Assembly (NCBI GenBank): GCA_963810625.1
Contig: CAWEOJ010000002.1
Location: 8,177-72,176 of the forward strand
DNA from: an uncultured Acidobacteriota bacterium
Lineage (GTDB): Bacteria > Acidobacteriota > Terriglobia > Acidiferrales > UBA7541
Reading direction: 5' to 3'
DNA length: 64,000 bases
The notes under the pieces are model-generated. The model searched no databases, was not told the DNA's origin, and saw nothing but the letters and a program-made list of their open reading frames with translations. This document shows, piece after piece, positions 38,185 through 48,106 of this stretch. Position 1 is the stretch's first letter. Each line of letters starts with the position of its first letter. The translations under genes and the position numbers were made by a program.

Positions 38185-39213
38185 TTACCCTCGCACTTCC
38201 CACGTGTCCCCCGCGCGAAGAAGCTTTTCAAGGTCGCCCTTCCCCCGCCGCGACTGCACCTCCGCGATCTGCCCCGCGATAAGGTCTTCATAACGCGGCA
38301 CATCCTCCCACGCGCGCAGCACCCCGATGGGCGTCGGGAACCCCGGCTTCTGCTCCATGTGCGCCAGCATAAACGCGTACGCCGGCCGCGGATGACGCTC
38401 GTCGTGCACCAGCAAATCCGCTTCCGTCACCCCATTCCCCAGCTGCACCACTTCCAGCTCCAAGCCTCTAAGTCTAATCCCCTTATCGCGATTCTTCCCG
38501 AACACCAGCGGCTGCCCATGCTCGAGTTGGACCACATGCTCGCTCCGCGCGTCCCTCTCGGTGAGCGACTCCCACGCTCGATCGTTGAAAATATTGCAGT
38601 TCTGCAGAATTTCGACGTACGCCGACCCCTTGTGCGCCGCCGCGCGCTTAAGTGTTTCACGCAGATGCTGCTGAAAAACATCCACCGACCGCGCCACAAA
38701 CGTCGCCTCCGCCCCAATCGCCAGCGAAATTGGATTGAATGGGCGATCCGCGGTGCCGAATGGAGTAGATTTTGTTTTTTTGCCCAGTTCGGAAGTCGGC
38801 GAATACTGGCCCTTCGTGAGTCCGTAAATTCGATTATTGAAAAGGAGAACTTTCAGTCCGACGTTGCGCCGCAGCATGTGGATCGTATGATTGCCGCCGA
38901 TCGAAAGCGAATCACCGTCGCCGGTGGCGACCCAAACATCCAGATCCGGCCGCACAATTTTCAAGCCCGTGGCGACGGCGGGGGCGCGGCCGTGAATGGT
39001 GTGGAATCCGAACGTGTTCATGTAATAGGGAAATCGGCTGGAGCATCCAATGCCGGAAATGATGACGAATTTTTCGCGCGGAATTCCGAGGTCGGCGAAC
39101 ACCGACTGCGCGGCGGAAAGAATCGCGTAATCACCGCAGCCCGGGCACCAGCGAATTTCCTGGTCGGTCTGAAAATCTTTCTTTGTGAGCACCGGCAATT
39201 CAGCCACGGTCAT
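38185..39213 (-). CDS. korB: 2-oxoacid:ferredoxin oxidoreductase, beta (TPP-binding) subunit
   Basis: WCPGCGDYAIL...GIGCSSRFP...GDGDSLSIGGNH is typical KorB. Confidence 0.88.
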   Translation of the reverse strand: MTVAELPVLTKKDFQTDQEIRWCPGCGDYAILSAAQSVFADLGIPREKFVIISGIGCSSRFPYYMNTFGFHTIHGRAPAVATGLKIVRPDLDVWVATGDGDSLSIGGNHTIHMLRRNVGLKVLLFNNRIYGLTKGQYSPTSELGKKTKSTPFGTADRPFNPISLAIGAEATFVARSVDVFQQHLRETLKRAAAHKGSAYVEILQNCNIFNDRAWESLTERDARSEHVVQLEHGQPLVFGKNRDKGIRLRGLELEVVQLGNGVTEADLLVHDERHPRPAYAFMLAHMEQKPGFPTPIGVLRAWEDVPRYEDLIAGQIAEVQSRRGKGDLEKLLRAGDTWEVRG

Positions 39214-39271
39214 TCAAATTCTCCCAGAGAGCGACTCCAAACAAAAAACAGATTCTCGTTGCGTGCGCGCA

Positions 39272-41125
39272 TCAGTCGAGCAGCTCCTCGATTTTGCGCT
39301 CAATTTCAGCCTGCTGGAAAGGCTTCCCTTGAATTTTGCCGTAGCCCTCCGCGTCCACCAGATATTTCGCGCGCAGCAGCATCACGAGCTGTCCCATATT
39401 CATTTCCGGGACAAGAACTTTGTCGTAGCGATTCATGACCTCGCCCAAATTTTTCGGCATGGGATTCAGATGGCGGAGATGAACGTGCCCGATGCGGTGC
39501 CCTTTGGCGCGCTGCGCTTTCAGCGCCGCGGTGATGGGGCCGTGCGTCGAGCCCCAAGCTACGATGAGCAGCTCGCCGGAAGGATCTCCCGCCGGAACTG
39601 CGTCGGGGACATCCTGAACGATCGCCGCGACTTTCTCGGCGCGCAGCCGGACCATGCGCTCGTGGTTCAGCGGCTCGTAGTTTATGTTGCCGCTGACGTC
39701 CTGCTTTTCGAGGCCGCCAATGCGGTGTTCGAGGCCCGGCGTGCCGGGTATAGCCCAGGGCCGCGCGAGCGTTTCGGGATCGCGGCGGTAGGGCTCGAAA
39801 TTTTCCGGATTCGTCTCGAAGTGCACGGGAATATTCGGCAGGTCCGAAACGTTGGGAATGCGCCAGGGCTCCGCGCCATTGGCCAGAAACCCGTCCGAAA
39901 GAATGATGACGGGCACCATGTACTTGATGGCGATCCGCGTGGCTTCGAGAGCAATCCAGAAGCAATCGCCGGGCGTTGCGGGCGCGAGCACGGGAACAGG
40001 CGCCTCGGAGTTCCTGCCGAAAAGAGCCTGCAGCAGATCCGCTTGCTCGGTTTTCGTGGGAAGTCCCGTGGACGGGCCGCCGCGCTGAATGTCGCAGATT
40101 ACGAGCGGCAATTCCACGGCCACAGCCAGGCCCAGGGCCTCCGTTTTCAGAGCCATTCCCGGCCCCGACGTGGCCGTGATGCCGATGGCGCCCGCGTAGG
40201 CCGCGCCGATCGCCGAAGTGATGGCCGCGATTTCGTCCTCGGCCTGAAACGTGATGACGCCGAAATCCTTGTAGGTGGAAAGTTCGTGCAGGATGTCCGA
40301 AGCGGGCGTAATCGGATACGCGCCGAGAAAAAGAGGAAGCCCAGCCTTTTGCGAGGCGGCGACAAAGCCCATGGCCAGCGCCGTATTTCCGCTGATATTG
40401 CGGTACAAGCCCGGCGCCAGCTTCGCCGGCGGAATTTCATAGCTGACCTGAAAAGCCTCGGTGGCTTCGCAGTAGCTGTAGCCCGCCTGCATCGCGAGGC
40501 GATTGGCCTGGACCAGCTGCGGCTTGCTCTTGAATTTTTCCTCGATCCAGCGGAGCGTCGTCTCGAGCGAACGGTTGTAGAGCCAGTAGCACATTCCCAG
40601 CGCGAAGAAATTCTTGCAGCGATCCATGGTCTTCGCGTCGAGCCCCAAATCTTTCAGCGCCGCGCGGGTCAGCCGCGTGAGCGCGGTGGGGAAAAGGCGG
40701 TAGGCGCCAAGCGAATGATCCTCGAGCGGATTCGAGGTCATCTGCGCCTTGCGGAGATCCAGCTCGCCGAAGTCGTCGAGGTTCACGATCAGAATTCCGT
40801 TGGGCTTTAGATCCGCCACGTTCATTTTCAGGGCCGCGGGATTCATGGCGATCAGGGCATCCACGCTGTCGCCGGGGGTATAGACGTCGCTCGAAGAAAA
40901 ATGGACCTGGAATCCGCTCACGCCCGGAAGCGTGCCGGCGGGGGCGCGAATTTCAGCGGGGAAATCCGGCAGCGTGGCCAGGTCGTTGCCATAGAGCGCC
41001 ACGGTGTTGGTGAACTGGCTGCCGGTAATCTGCATGCCGTCGCCGGAATCGCCGCAGAAGCGAATGACCGCCTTTTCGATTACCTCGCGCTTGCGAGGAG
41101 GAATATTGACTGTGGTCGTGGCCAT
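39272..41125 (-). CDS. korA: 2-oxoacid:ferredoxin oxidoreductase, alpha subunit
   Basis: 617 aa. RFCGDSGDGMQITGSQF...YPITPASDILHEL; immediately upstream of korB. Confidence 0.88.
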   Translation of the reverse strand: MATTTVNIPPRKREVIEKAVIRFCGDSGDGMQITGSQFTNTVALYGNDLATLPDFPAEIRAPAGTLPGVSGFQVHFSSSDVYTPGDSVDALIAMNPAALKMNVADLKPNGILIVNLDDFGELDLRKAQMTSNPLEDHSLGAYRLFPTALTRLTRAALKDLGLDAKTMDRCKNFFALGMCYWLYNRSLETTLRWIEEKFKSKPQLVQANRLAMQAGYSYCEATEAFQVSYEIPPAKLAPGLYRNISGNTALAMGFVAASQKAGLPLFLGAYPITPASDILHELSTYKDFGVITFQAEDEIAAITSAIGAAYAGAIGITATSGPGMALKTEALGLAVAVELPLVICDIQRGGPSTGLPTKTEQADLLQALFGRNSEAPVPVLAPATPGDCFWIALEATRIAIKYMVPVIILSDGFLANGAEPWRIPNVSDLPNIPVHFETNPENFEPYRRDPETLARPWAIPGTPGLEHRIGGLEKQDVSGNINYEPLNHERMVRLRAEKVAAIVQDVPDAVPAGDPSGELLIVAWGSTHGPITAALKAQRAKGHRIGHVHLRHLNPMPKNLGEVMNRYDKVLVPEMNMGQLVMLLRAKYLVDAEGYGKIQGKPFQQAEIERKIEELLD

Positions 41126-41417
41126 AATTTTGGGCGTCCCTTTAGTTTAGATGCGCGGACGCAAATCCGAGGATTTCCTGTCCTGCGCTCCTGTTTGTTT
41201 TGAGGGACAGATGCACCACCCACTGATAGCGTAGCACACCGGCGACGGCAGGAAAAATGCGAATCGCCATGGCGTAGCGTTTCCGGCACGGCGAAGCGCG
41301 CGACTCGGAACGGCGCTAGTACCGTTCCAACTAAATGAAGCAAGGGGGGCGGCTTCCGTCGTGCCCCGGTCGCTGAACGCGAAGTGCGTGCCTTCGCCCC
41401 AAGAAGTTGGAACGGCA

Positions 41418-41789
41418 CTAGTCGAGAACGAGATTCCGAATCTGCTTCGCGAGGTCTTCGATCTCTTTGGCCTTTTTCACGAGCGGCAGCGACAGCACGT
41501 TCGTCGAATCCGTCTTCTCCACCTGTTCTTTGAGCTCTCCCGCAAGCGCGTAGAGTTTTTGGATGTCGTCCTGAATCTGCTGCTGGTTGTGCTTTAGCAC
41601 GGCTTTCGGATCAATGGCCGGCGGCTCGAAGTCCGGAGGGATCTCGCCGGGTCGCTGCGAAGACGGATGCGGCTGGCCGTCCGATTGCCAGCTCTGCCGT
41701 GCGGAAGTCCGGTGAGCGAAAATTCCCATTGGCGCAGCGATTGCCAATGGGGCCATGACCTGCAGAAATGCGCGTTTCTTCCGGTCCAT
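41418..41789 (-). CDS. small secreted coiled-coil protein
   Basis: Real part of shadow ORF 41418..42740: MDRKKRAFLQVMAPLAIAAPMGIFA... (CAT 41787-41789). Confidence 0.5.
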   Translation of the reverse strand: MDRKKRAFLQVMAPLAIAAPMGIFAHRTSARQSWQSDGQPHPSSQRPGEIPPDFEPPAIDPKAVLKHNQQQIQDDIQKLYALAGELKEQVEKTDSTNVLSLPLVKKAKEIEDLAKQIRNLVLD

Positions 41790-41891
41790 TGCCGTTCCTC
41801 CCTCGCCCGCGAACGCGGGAAGCCTGACCCGCGCGAACCACCCTGGGAGCAAGGGGGCGCGCGGATGGTATAATCCCGCTCCGCACATTCT

Positions 41892-42743
41892 ATGACTCTT
41901 TCGATCGCACAGTGGACGGAAATTGCCGGGCGCGCCCTGCGAGTCTTTGCAATCCTTGCAGTCGCTCTGATTCTGGCCCGCGCCCTGAAGGCCGTCACCA
42001 ACCGCCTGGTTGAAATCTCCAAGACGCACACACGCGCCGCCCAGATGCGCGAACAGCAGACCCGCACGATGGCCGCCGTGCTCTATAGCGGCGGCTTGGC
42101 GTTGATCACCGTCGTGGCCGTCCTCGCGGCGCTCCCCGAATTTGGATTCCATGTGGGCTCGCTCCTGGCGGCCGCGGGAATCGCCGGCGCCGTCGTCGGG
42201 TTCGGAGCGCAGAACATCATCAAAGACATGACCAATGGCTTTTTCATTGCCTTTGAGGATCAATACGTGATCGGCGATCTCATTCAGTTGAACGGCGAAA
42301 CCGGCCGTGTCGAACTCCTCACCCTCCGGCGCACCGTCATCCGCAATCCGAATGGCGCGCTCGTGACCATTCCCAACTCGCTTGTCGGCCAGGTGTCCAA
42401 CTTGAGCCGCGACTGGTCGCAGGTCTTCGTGGACGTGACCGTGCCCGCGGACGAAATGGTGGGGCGCGCCCTGGACACGCTGGACAAGGTCGCGGGCGAA
42501 TTCCGCAACGACCCCGATTGGTCTCCCGCCCTGGTGGATGGCCCGCGCGTCCTCGGCGTGGAATCTCTTTCTCTCGATGGCACGGACCTTCGGCTTCAGG
42601 TCCGCACGGCCCTGAATCGCAAGGACGATGTGGCCCGCGAGCTGCGGCGGCGCATCAAAATGGCCTTCGAACAATCCGGCATCCCGCTCCATAGCACGCA
42701 CAAAATCGAGCTGCACGGCGAAATCACGCCGCCCTCGCATTAG
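41892..42743 (+). CDS. MscS-family mechanosensitive channel
   Basis: GFGAQNIIKDMTNGFFIAFEDQYVIGDLI...GRVELLTLRRTVIRNPNGALVTIPNS. Confidence 0.85.
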   Translation: MTLSIAQWTEIAGRALRVFAILAVALILARALKAVTNRLVEISKTHTRAAQMREQQTRTMAAVLYSGGLALITVVAVLAALPEFGFHVGSLLAAAGIAGAVVGFGAQNIIKDMTNGFFIAFEDQYVIGDLIQLNGETGRVELLTLRRTVIRNPNGALVTIPNSLVGQVSNLSRDWSQVFVDVTVPADEMVGRALDTLDKVAGEFRNDPDWSPALVDGPRVLGVESLSLDGTDLRLQVRTALNRKDDVARELRRRIKMAFEQSGIPLHSTHKIELHGEITPPSH

Positions 42744-42805
42744 TAAGGTTGAGGGCGAAAAGAATCGTTTTTCCCATGACTGTAAGAGTCTCCAATGTCT
42801 TATGA

Positions 42806-42848
42806 GGTGTACAGTGCCTAACTAGGGTTTTTATAACCAGTACAGTGG
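42806..42848 (+). promoter_or_regulatory. bipartite operator-like site upstream of / overlapping the MocR gene start
   Basis: GGTGTACAG-N17-TATAACCAGTACAGTGG. GTACAGTG direct repeats sit 31 bp apart. An inverted copy lies at 44351-44393. Confidence 0.5.
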
Positions 42849-44317
42849 CACGCTGGCCCGCATCTGTTATACTCGAGGGCGTGCAGGTTAATGCTCGAAG
42901 CGCAACCCCGCTCTACATCAGGATCGCCGAAACCTTTGCTCATCAGGTTGCCAATGGCGCTTTTCGCGCCGGGGATCGCGTTCCTTCGCTCCGAAAACTT
43001 AGCCGGGAACAGGGTGTAAGTCTCTCGACTGCCCTGCAGGCGTACTTGTGGTTGGAAAATCGTGGCTATCTGGAGGCCCGCCCTCAATCAGGCTTCTACA
43101 TCCGGACTCCTTTCGCAAAATTGATTCCCGAACCACAGTTTGAGGCTGGCAAAACTCAGCCGGCCACATTGGGAATCAACGCCGTGTTGGAGGACGTCAT
43201 CAGGTCTGGCAGCGATCCCGCGTTCGTTCCTTTTGGCACTGGGGGCGCGAGCGCAGAGTTGCTTCCGAACCGTAGATTGAATCTGATCATGCGGCGAATT
43301 CTGCGCCATCAGCCGTTACACAGCGCGAATTACGGCTTTCCCTCCGGAGTTGAAGCTTTTCGCCGGCAAATCGCTAAGCGTTCACTGGCCATGCGCTGCG
43401 AGGTTTCGCCGCGCGACGTAGTCGTCACCGGCGGAGCGATGGAAGCCATCAACTTGAGTCTTCGCGCGGTCGCGCAGCCCGGCGACGTGATTGCCGTGGA
43501 GAGCCCGATCTTCTTCGGTATTTTGCAGAGCGTGGCGGCGCTCAAAATGAAGATCATCGAGATCCCCGCGCACCCTCAGCGTGGCATGGACCTGGAGCGC
43601 CTGGAACGTGCCATCCGTCAGCATAAAATCAAGGCGTGCATTGCCATGCCCAACTGCCACAATCCCCTCGGATATGTCTCGTCCGATAAATATAAGCGAG
43701 CCCTGGTTGATCTGACCGCACGTATGAACGTGCCGCTCATTGAAGACGACGTGTATGGCGACCTCGCCTATGATGGCCCTCGGCCGCTGACGGCGAAGTC
43801 GTTTGACCACAAAGGCTTGGTGCTGCTGTGTTCTTCCTTCTCGAAGATTCTGTCGCCCGGATATCGTATTGGCTGGTCCTTGCCCGGACGGTTTCGCGCC
43901 GAGGTTGAGCGCTTAAAGCTGGTAACCAGTATAGCCGCCCCACCCCTGCCGCAATTGGTTCTGGCGGAGTTTCTGGAGTCAGCCAGTTACGACCGCCACT
44001 TGAGGCGGTTGCGCGCGACGGTTGCTTGTCAAATGGAAAGCGTGCGGCAGGCAATCGCCAAGTATTTCCCTGCGGGAACGCGCATCAGCCGGCCGGCCGG
44101 CGGCTACATGCTGTGGGTCGAACTGCCGGAAAGGGTCGATGCTCTAAAACTGCATCATGCCGCTCTGGGTGAGCGGATCTGTATCGTGCCAGGGACTGTT
44201 TTTTCCGCAACGGGCCGCTACAAGAACTATATTCGTATCAACTGCGGCCATGCTTGGACGGATGCGCACGATCGGGCGCTGCTGACCTTGGGACGCCTCT
44301 GCGACCGGCAACTTTAA
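42845..44317 (+). CDS. MocR/GabR-type regulator (GntR wHTH fused to a PLP aminotransferase-like domain)
   Basis: PLYIRIAETFAHQVANGAFRAGDRVPSLRKLSREQGVSLSTALQAY + fold-type-I domain with SFSKILSPGYRIGW. Start is uncertain (GTG 42845 or GTG 42881). Confidence 0.8.
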   Translation: MARWPASVILEGVQVNARSATPLYIRIAETFAHQVANGAFRAGDRVPSLRKLSREQGVSLSTALQAYLWLENRGYLEARPQSGFYIRTPFAKLIPEPQFEAGKTQPATLGINAVLEDVIRSGSDPAFVPFGTGGASAELLPNRRLNLIMRRILRHQPLHSANYGFPSGVEAFRRQIAKRSLAMRCEVSPRDVVVTGGAMEAINLSLRAVAQPGDVIAVESPIFFGILQSVAALKMKIIEIPAHPQRGMDLERLERAIRQHKIKACIAMPNCHNPLGYVSSDKYKRALVDLTARMNVPLIEDDVYGDLAYDGPRPLTAKSFDHKGLVLLCSSFSKILSPGYRIGWSLPGRFRAEVERLKLVTSIAAPPLPQLVLAEFLESASYDRHLRRLRATVACQMESVRQAIAKYFPAGTRISRPAGGYMLWVELPERVDALKLHHAALGERICIVPGTVFSATGRYKNYIRINCGHAWTDAHDRALLTLGRLCDRQL

Positions 44318-44350
44318 TTCCGAAGCATCAATCACAACGCTAGCCTCCTC

Positions 44351-44393
44351 CAACTGTACTGGTTATAAATTCATAATTCTGAATCTGTACACC
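44351..44393 (-). promoter_or_regulatory. inverted copy of the bipartite operator-like site, ~160 nt upstream of 44553
   Basis: CAACTGTACTGGTTATA-N17-CTGTACACC, the reverse complement of the 42806-42848 architecture with identical spacing. Confidence 0.5.
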
Positions 44394-44552
44394 ACAACCG
44401 AAGAATTGTATTTTCTCCTCTGGATGTTGCCCTGGGGCCGGCTCGCGAGATTGCCGCAGGCAATTCCGCGCATTTTGACCGCAGGAATCGGATAGCGGCT
44501 CGCGCCCCGGTTCGATAGGTTGGGCCTAATTAGACAAAAGGAGGAAAATTCA

Positions 44553-45056
44553 ATGAAGCCTTCTTGGAAGTTGCCTTTTGTGGTCGTTCTAAGCGCCGTG
44601 ATTGCCTCCGGAGTGCTCGCACCGAGCTTGCAAGCCCAGCGCCCGTCCTACCAGATTCATAACGAGATTGCGCCCGACGCAATGGCTCCGGGCGCACAAA
44701 CCGCAGTGCACTCGGGCCGGTTCAAACTGCCGTTCGATGCGCAATGGGGAGGTATGCCGCTTCCCAAGGGCGAGTACGCCTTCTCGGTCGACTCTTTAAC
44801 TTTCGACGGTACGATCTTCGTTTATCGAGGAGCCTACGCTATGGGGATGGTGCGCCCGCAGATGTTCGACGATCACGAGAAGCAAGGCAAGGACTTCGAA
44901 TTGATTTGCATTCGTCACCATGGAAAGGTTGCGATCCGAGAGTTGCGAACCCGTGCCGGCACGTTCTATTTTTATCTGCCGAAAAAGTTTAGGGAGAATC
45001 TCGCGCAACAGCTGCAGGTGGCCGATACGGTTTCCATTCAAGTGAGCGGCGACTAA
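44553..45056 (+). CDS. secreted hypothetical protein
   Basis: ATG preceded by AAAGGAGGAAAATTCA; signal peptide MKPSWKLPFVVVLSAVIASGVLAPSLQAQ. Confidence 0.65.
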   Translation: MKPSWKLPFVVVLSAVIASGVLAPSLQAQRPSYQIHNEIAPDAMAPGAQTAVHSGRFKLPFDAQWGGMPLPKGEYAFSVDSLTFDGTIFVYRGAYAMGMVRPQMFDDHEKQGKDFELICIRHHGKVAIRELRTRAGTFYFYLPKKFRENLAQQLQVADTVSIQVSGD

Positions 45057-45227
45057 GGCCGCGTCCCGCGATGCGCACCTAAGGCTGTCGAACACCACGA
45101 GGCCCGTGGAGCGGAAACTCCTTGCAGGCGGCCCACCCTCTTCCGGCCTTTCCTTTTCGTTCGACTTTCCGGCCAACGCGCGGCGGTGAAGGTGATCCTC
45201 GATACCACACGAAGCAGTTTAAATTGC

Positions 45228-45302
45228 TGGAGGCGCGGGTGGGAATCGAACCCACGTATAAAGGTTTTGCAGACCTCTCCCTTACCACTTGGGTACCGCG
45301 CC
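45228..45302 (-). tRNA. tRNA-Cys (GCA), CCA encoded
   Basis: Reverse complement GGCGCGGTACCCAAGTGGTAAGGGAGAGGTCTGCAAAACCTTTATACGTGGGTTCGATTCCCACCCGCGCCTCCA. 7-bp acceptor GGCGCGG/CCGCGCC, anticodon loop CUGCAAA, T-loop GGTTCGATTCC. Confidence 0.9.
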
Positions 45303-45411
45303 CTCGTAAGAAATTATAGCGGAACCGGGCGCATGTTTCAGCCCGGAATCGGAGGCGGGGCGGCCCGAATTCCGCTGGCGCAACGCACATGGCCACGCCG
45401 TCAATGCCCCA

Positions 45412-47112
45412 TCACTGGATGTGCAGCTCAAAAGGAATGCGCGCCTCGACCGGCTCCATCACGCCGGCCAGGCGGCGGACCATGTCGGCGAGCGAGTGCG
45501 ATTCATCCGTGTCGTCCGTATCACGTTCGAAAAGCTGTTCGAGAAGACTTTTTCCCACGGGATAGCGCACGATGCGCACTTGCTGGTCCGCCGGAATGCC
45601 GGCAAGCTGCTTGGCCACTTCGATGGCGCGGTCGAATCCGCCCAGGTCGTCCACCAGGCCCAGCTTCTTGGCTTGCGCTCCGGACCATACGCGGCCTTGG
45701 CCGATGGCGTCCACGGCCTGGGGAGTCATGCCGCGTCCCTCGGCCACGTTGCGCGTGAATTCTCCGTACATTTCCTGGATGGAATTCTGGATGAAGGCGC
45801 GCTGCGCGGGCGTGAAATTCTGCTGGTCGGAAAAAAGCGTGGCGTTATCGCTGGTGGTCACGGAATCGGTGCTGACGCCCAGAAGGTTGTAAAGCCCGGA
45901 GAGATTCAGCTTGCCGATCACCACGCCGATCGAGCCTGTGATGGTATTCGGGTCGGCGACAATTTTATTGGCCTGCGCCGAAATCCAGTAGCCGCCGGAA
46001 GCGGCCACGTCGGACATGGAGACCACCACCGGTTTTGTTCCCTTCGCGAGCATCACCTCGCGCCGGATGGCCTCGCTTCCCACCACCGACCCGCCGCCCG
46101 AGTCCACGCGCAGGATGATGGCTTTGATGTCCGGATCTTGCCGCGCCGTGCGGATGTCGGAAGCCACCGAATCCCCGCCCATCACGAATCCGCCTTGGGG
46201 CGAGCTTTCCGAATCGCCGGACACGATTAGCCCGGTGGCGTGGACTACGGCGATTTTTTCGCCTCCGAAACCGTCGCTACCGTGGAATGCGAGGTAGCGC
46301 GGGAGCGAGATGGGATTCCAGACGCGGTCGCGGCTCTTGAAATAATCCTGCACCTGGTCCCAATACGCGAGGCGGTCCGCGATCCCGCTCCGGACGGCGT
46401 CGCTCGCCAGCAGCGGGCCGCGTTCGACAAGCGCTTCGAATTGGGCGCGGCTCATGTGGCGGCCCTCGGCTGCGTCGCCGACATACTGATTGTAAATGCT
46501 CTCGAGCAGCGACTCGACTTCCTCGCGGTGCTCGGGGGTGAATTTCTTCTCCGTAAACGTGTTGCCATAGGTCTTGTACTGCCCGGTGTGATAGAACTCC
46601 GGAACGATTTTCAGCTTGTCGAGCGTGCCGCGGAAGAAGAGCGCCTCCGCCATCATCCCCGTGATGTCCACGGGCGCCGTGGGCATCAGCCACACCTGCT
46701 GGCAGGCGCTGGCGAGATAATATTCGCGATTGGCGATGCCGTCGTAGCCCAGGTAGCAGATGCTGGGCTTGCCGCTTTTCTGAAACTCCGTGAGGTGTTC
46801 GCGGATTTCCTCGATCTTGGCCCAGCCGGTGTCCAGCGGCTCGATTTTTAGCACGATGCCGGTGATGCGCGGGTCGGTGCGCGCGGAGTCAATCGCGTCG
46901 AGATAGTCCTCGAGCACGGGCGTGGTCTGGCCCGTGAGCGAGCCCATAAGATCGAAAGGCTGCTGCTCCTCGATCTCGCCTTGCGCGTCAATTACCAGGA
47001 CGGATTTCGATTCGATCCGCGCCGGCTTCGACGATCTCCAGAAGAGGGCCACGAAAAATAGAATCACCAAGCAGATTACGATCGCCCGCCTTTTTCTCCA
47101 GGTCATCTCCAT
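45412..47112 (-). CDS. sppA: signal peptide peptidase SppA, 67K type (two S49 domains)
   Basis: 566 aa. N-terminal TM, tandem ClpP/crotonase-like halves, AASGGYWIS Ser motif. Confidence 0.85.
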   Translation of the reverse strand: MEMTWRKRRAIVICLVILFFVALFWRSSKPARIESKSVLVIDAQGEIEEQQPFDLMGSLTGQTTPVLEDYLDAIDSARTDPRITGIVLKIEPLDTGWAKIEEIREHLTEFQKSGKPSICYLGYDGIANREYYLASACQQVWLMPTAPVDITGMMAEALFFRGTLDKLKIVPEFYHTGQYKTYGNTFTEKKFTPEHREEVESLLESIYNQYVGDAAEGRHMSRAQFEALVERGPLLASDAVRSGIADRLAYWDQVQDYFKSRDRVWNPISLPRYLAFHGSDGFGGEKIAVVHATGLIVSGDSESSPQGGFVMGGDSVASDIRTARQDPDIKAIILRVDSGGGSVVGSEAIRREVMLAKGTKPVVVSMSDVAASGGYWISAQANKIVADPNTITGSIGVVIGKLNLSGLYNLLGVSTDSVTTSDNATLFSDQQNFTPAQRAFIQNSIQEMYGEFTRNVAEGRGMTPQAVDAIGQGRVWSGAQAKKLGLVDDLGGFDRAIEVAKQLAGIPADQQVRIVRYPVGKSLLEQLFERDTDDTDESHSLADMVRRLAGVMEPVEARIPFELHIQ

Positions 47113-47224
47113 TCACCTCGATGCGCGCCTTTCCTAAAAATTGCCGCGAGAAATACGGTAGCACCCCGGGACGAAAATGGGCAATCGAACCCGCCGCGCG
47201 GGTGGCGCCACCCTGGACCGAGGG

Positions 47225-47800
47225 CTACGCGGAAAAGCGCGGTAGAAAAAACCCCGTGTGGCGGCGATGCTCGTCGAAAGCCGGGCCGAATTCGCCCGCG
47301 AGCAGCGCTTCTTCTTTTTTGGCCTTAAACCCGAGGCCAATTACATTGATCGCAAGCACGGCGAGCGCACCATATGTCCCGGCCCAAAGGACCGTCCCGG
47401 CGATCCCCAAAAGGATGCCCGTATAGATGGGGTGACGTATGTGGGCGTAGGGTCCGCTGCGAATCAGTTCATGACCCTCGCGCAGAGAGACGCTCGCGCT
47501 CCAATACTTGCCGATGTGATTCCGCGCCCAAATGGCGAATGCGATTCCCGCGGCCGTGAGCGCGATTCCCAGCCATTTGATCCACGGCAGCGGCGGGACG
47601 AACCGCCGATTGGGGATTCCGAAGCGTTCGCCCGCGTGGATTAAAATGAAACAGCCCCCCGCCAAGATCAAGAGAAAACCCAGGCGCTGGCCCATGGGCT
47701 CTCTCTTGCGCATCTTGTTGACGCTCAGGCTCGCGGCGAGCCAGTAGAGCCAGAAAAAAATCCACAGCCCAGCCACAATGTGACTTTGAGTCAATTCCAT
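47225..47800 (-). CDS. isoprenylcysteine carboxyl methyltransferase (ICMT)-family membrane methyltransferase
   Basis: Start at MELTQSHIV; GPYAHIRHPIYTG...EEALLAGEFG. Confidence 0.75.
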   Translation of the reverse strand: MELTQSHIVAGLWIFFWLYWLAASLSVNKMRKREPMGQRLGFLLILAGGCFILIHAGERFGIPNRRFVPPLPWIKWLGIALTAAGIAFAIWARNHIGKYWSASVSLREGHELIRSGPYAHIRHPIYTGILLGIAGTVLWAGTYGALAVLAINVIGLGFKAKKEEALLAGEFGPAFDEHRRHTGFFLPRFSA

Positions 47801-48106
47801 GTTGGCCGCTCCTGTTCCGCGATAGTGGCACAACTCGGCATGTCTTGAAAAGCGCCGCCTCCCGTGGCTGATCCTTCCGGGTGCGGCCTATGTGACGTCG
47901 GGGCGCATCTAAAATCTCGTACACGAGTGCCACCCTTGAAATTCCGGGCAGCGTTGCCTGGCCAGGCGGCAGGGCGTAATGTACTGTTCCGGTCAACAAC
48001 TTGTACGGCATGTCCATTGACCTGAGGCGTAAGCCCCTCGTAATATTCTGGTTGCGTTCGGTTGGAGGCGGCGGCCTGTAGGATCACCCTCGGGCTGCCC
48101 TTGGGG

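Noticed and set aside
38140-40810. Long + strand ORFs (38140..39438, 39185..40810) across korAB
   Set aside because: Antisense shadows of the well-supported korB and korA genes; Arg-rich junk translation.
41405-41421. Sigma-54 promoter (GGCAC in AGTTGGAACGGCACTAG)
   Set aside because: No TTGC -12 element at the required 5-nt spacing in any of the three copies.
41790-42740. Upstream 316 aa of the 440-aa minus ORF 41418..42740
   Set aside because: Only the last 123 codons (from MDRKKRAF) look coding; the rest is the antisense of the MscS-family gene.
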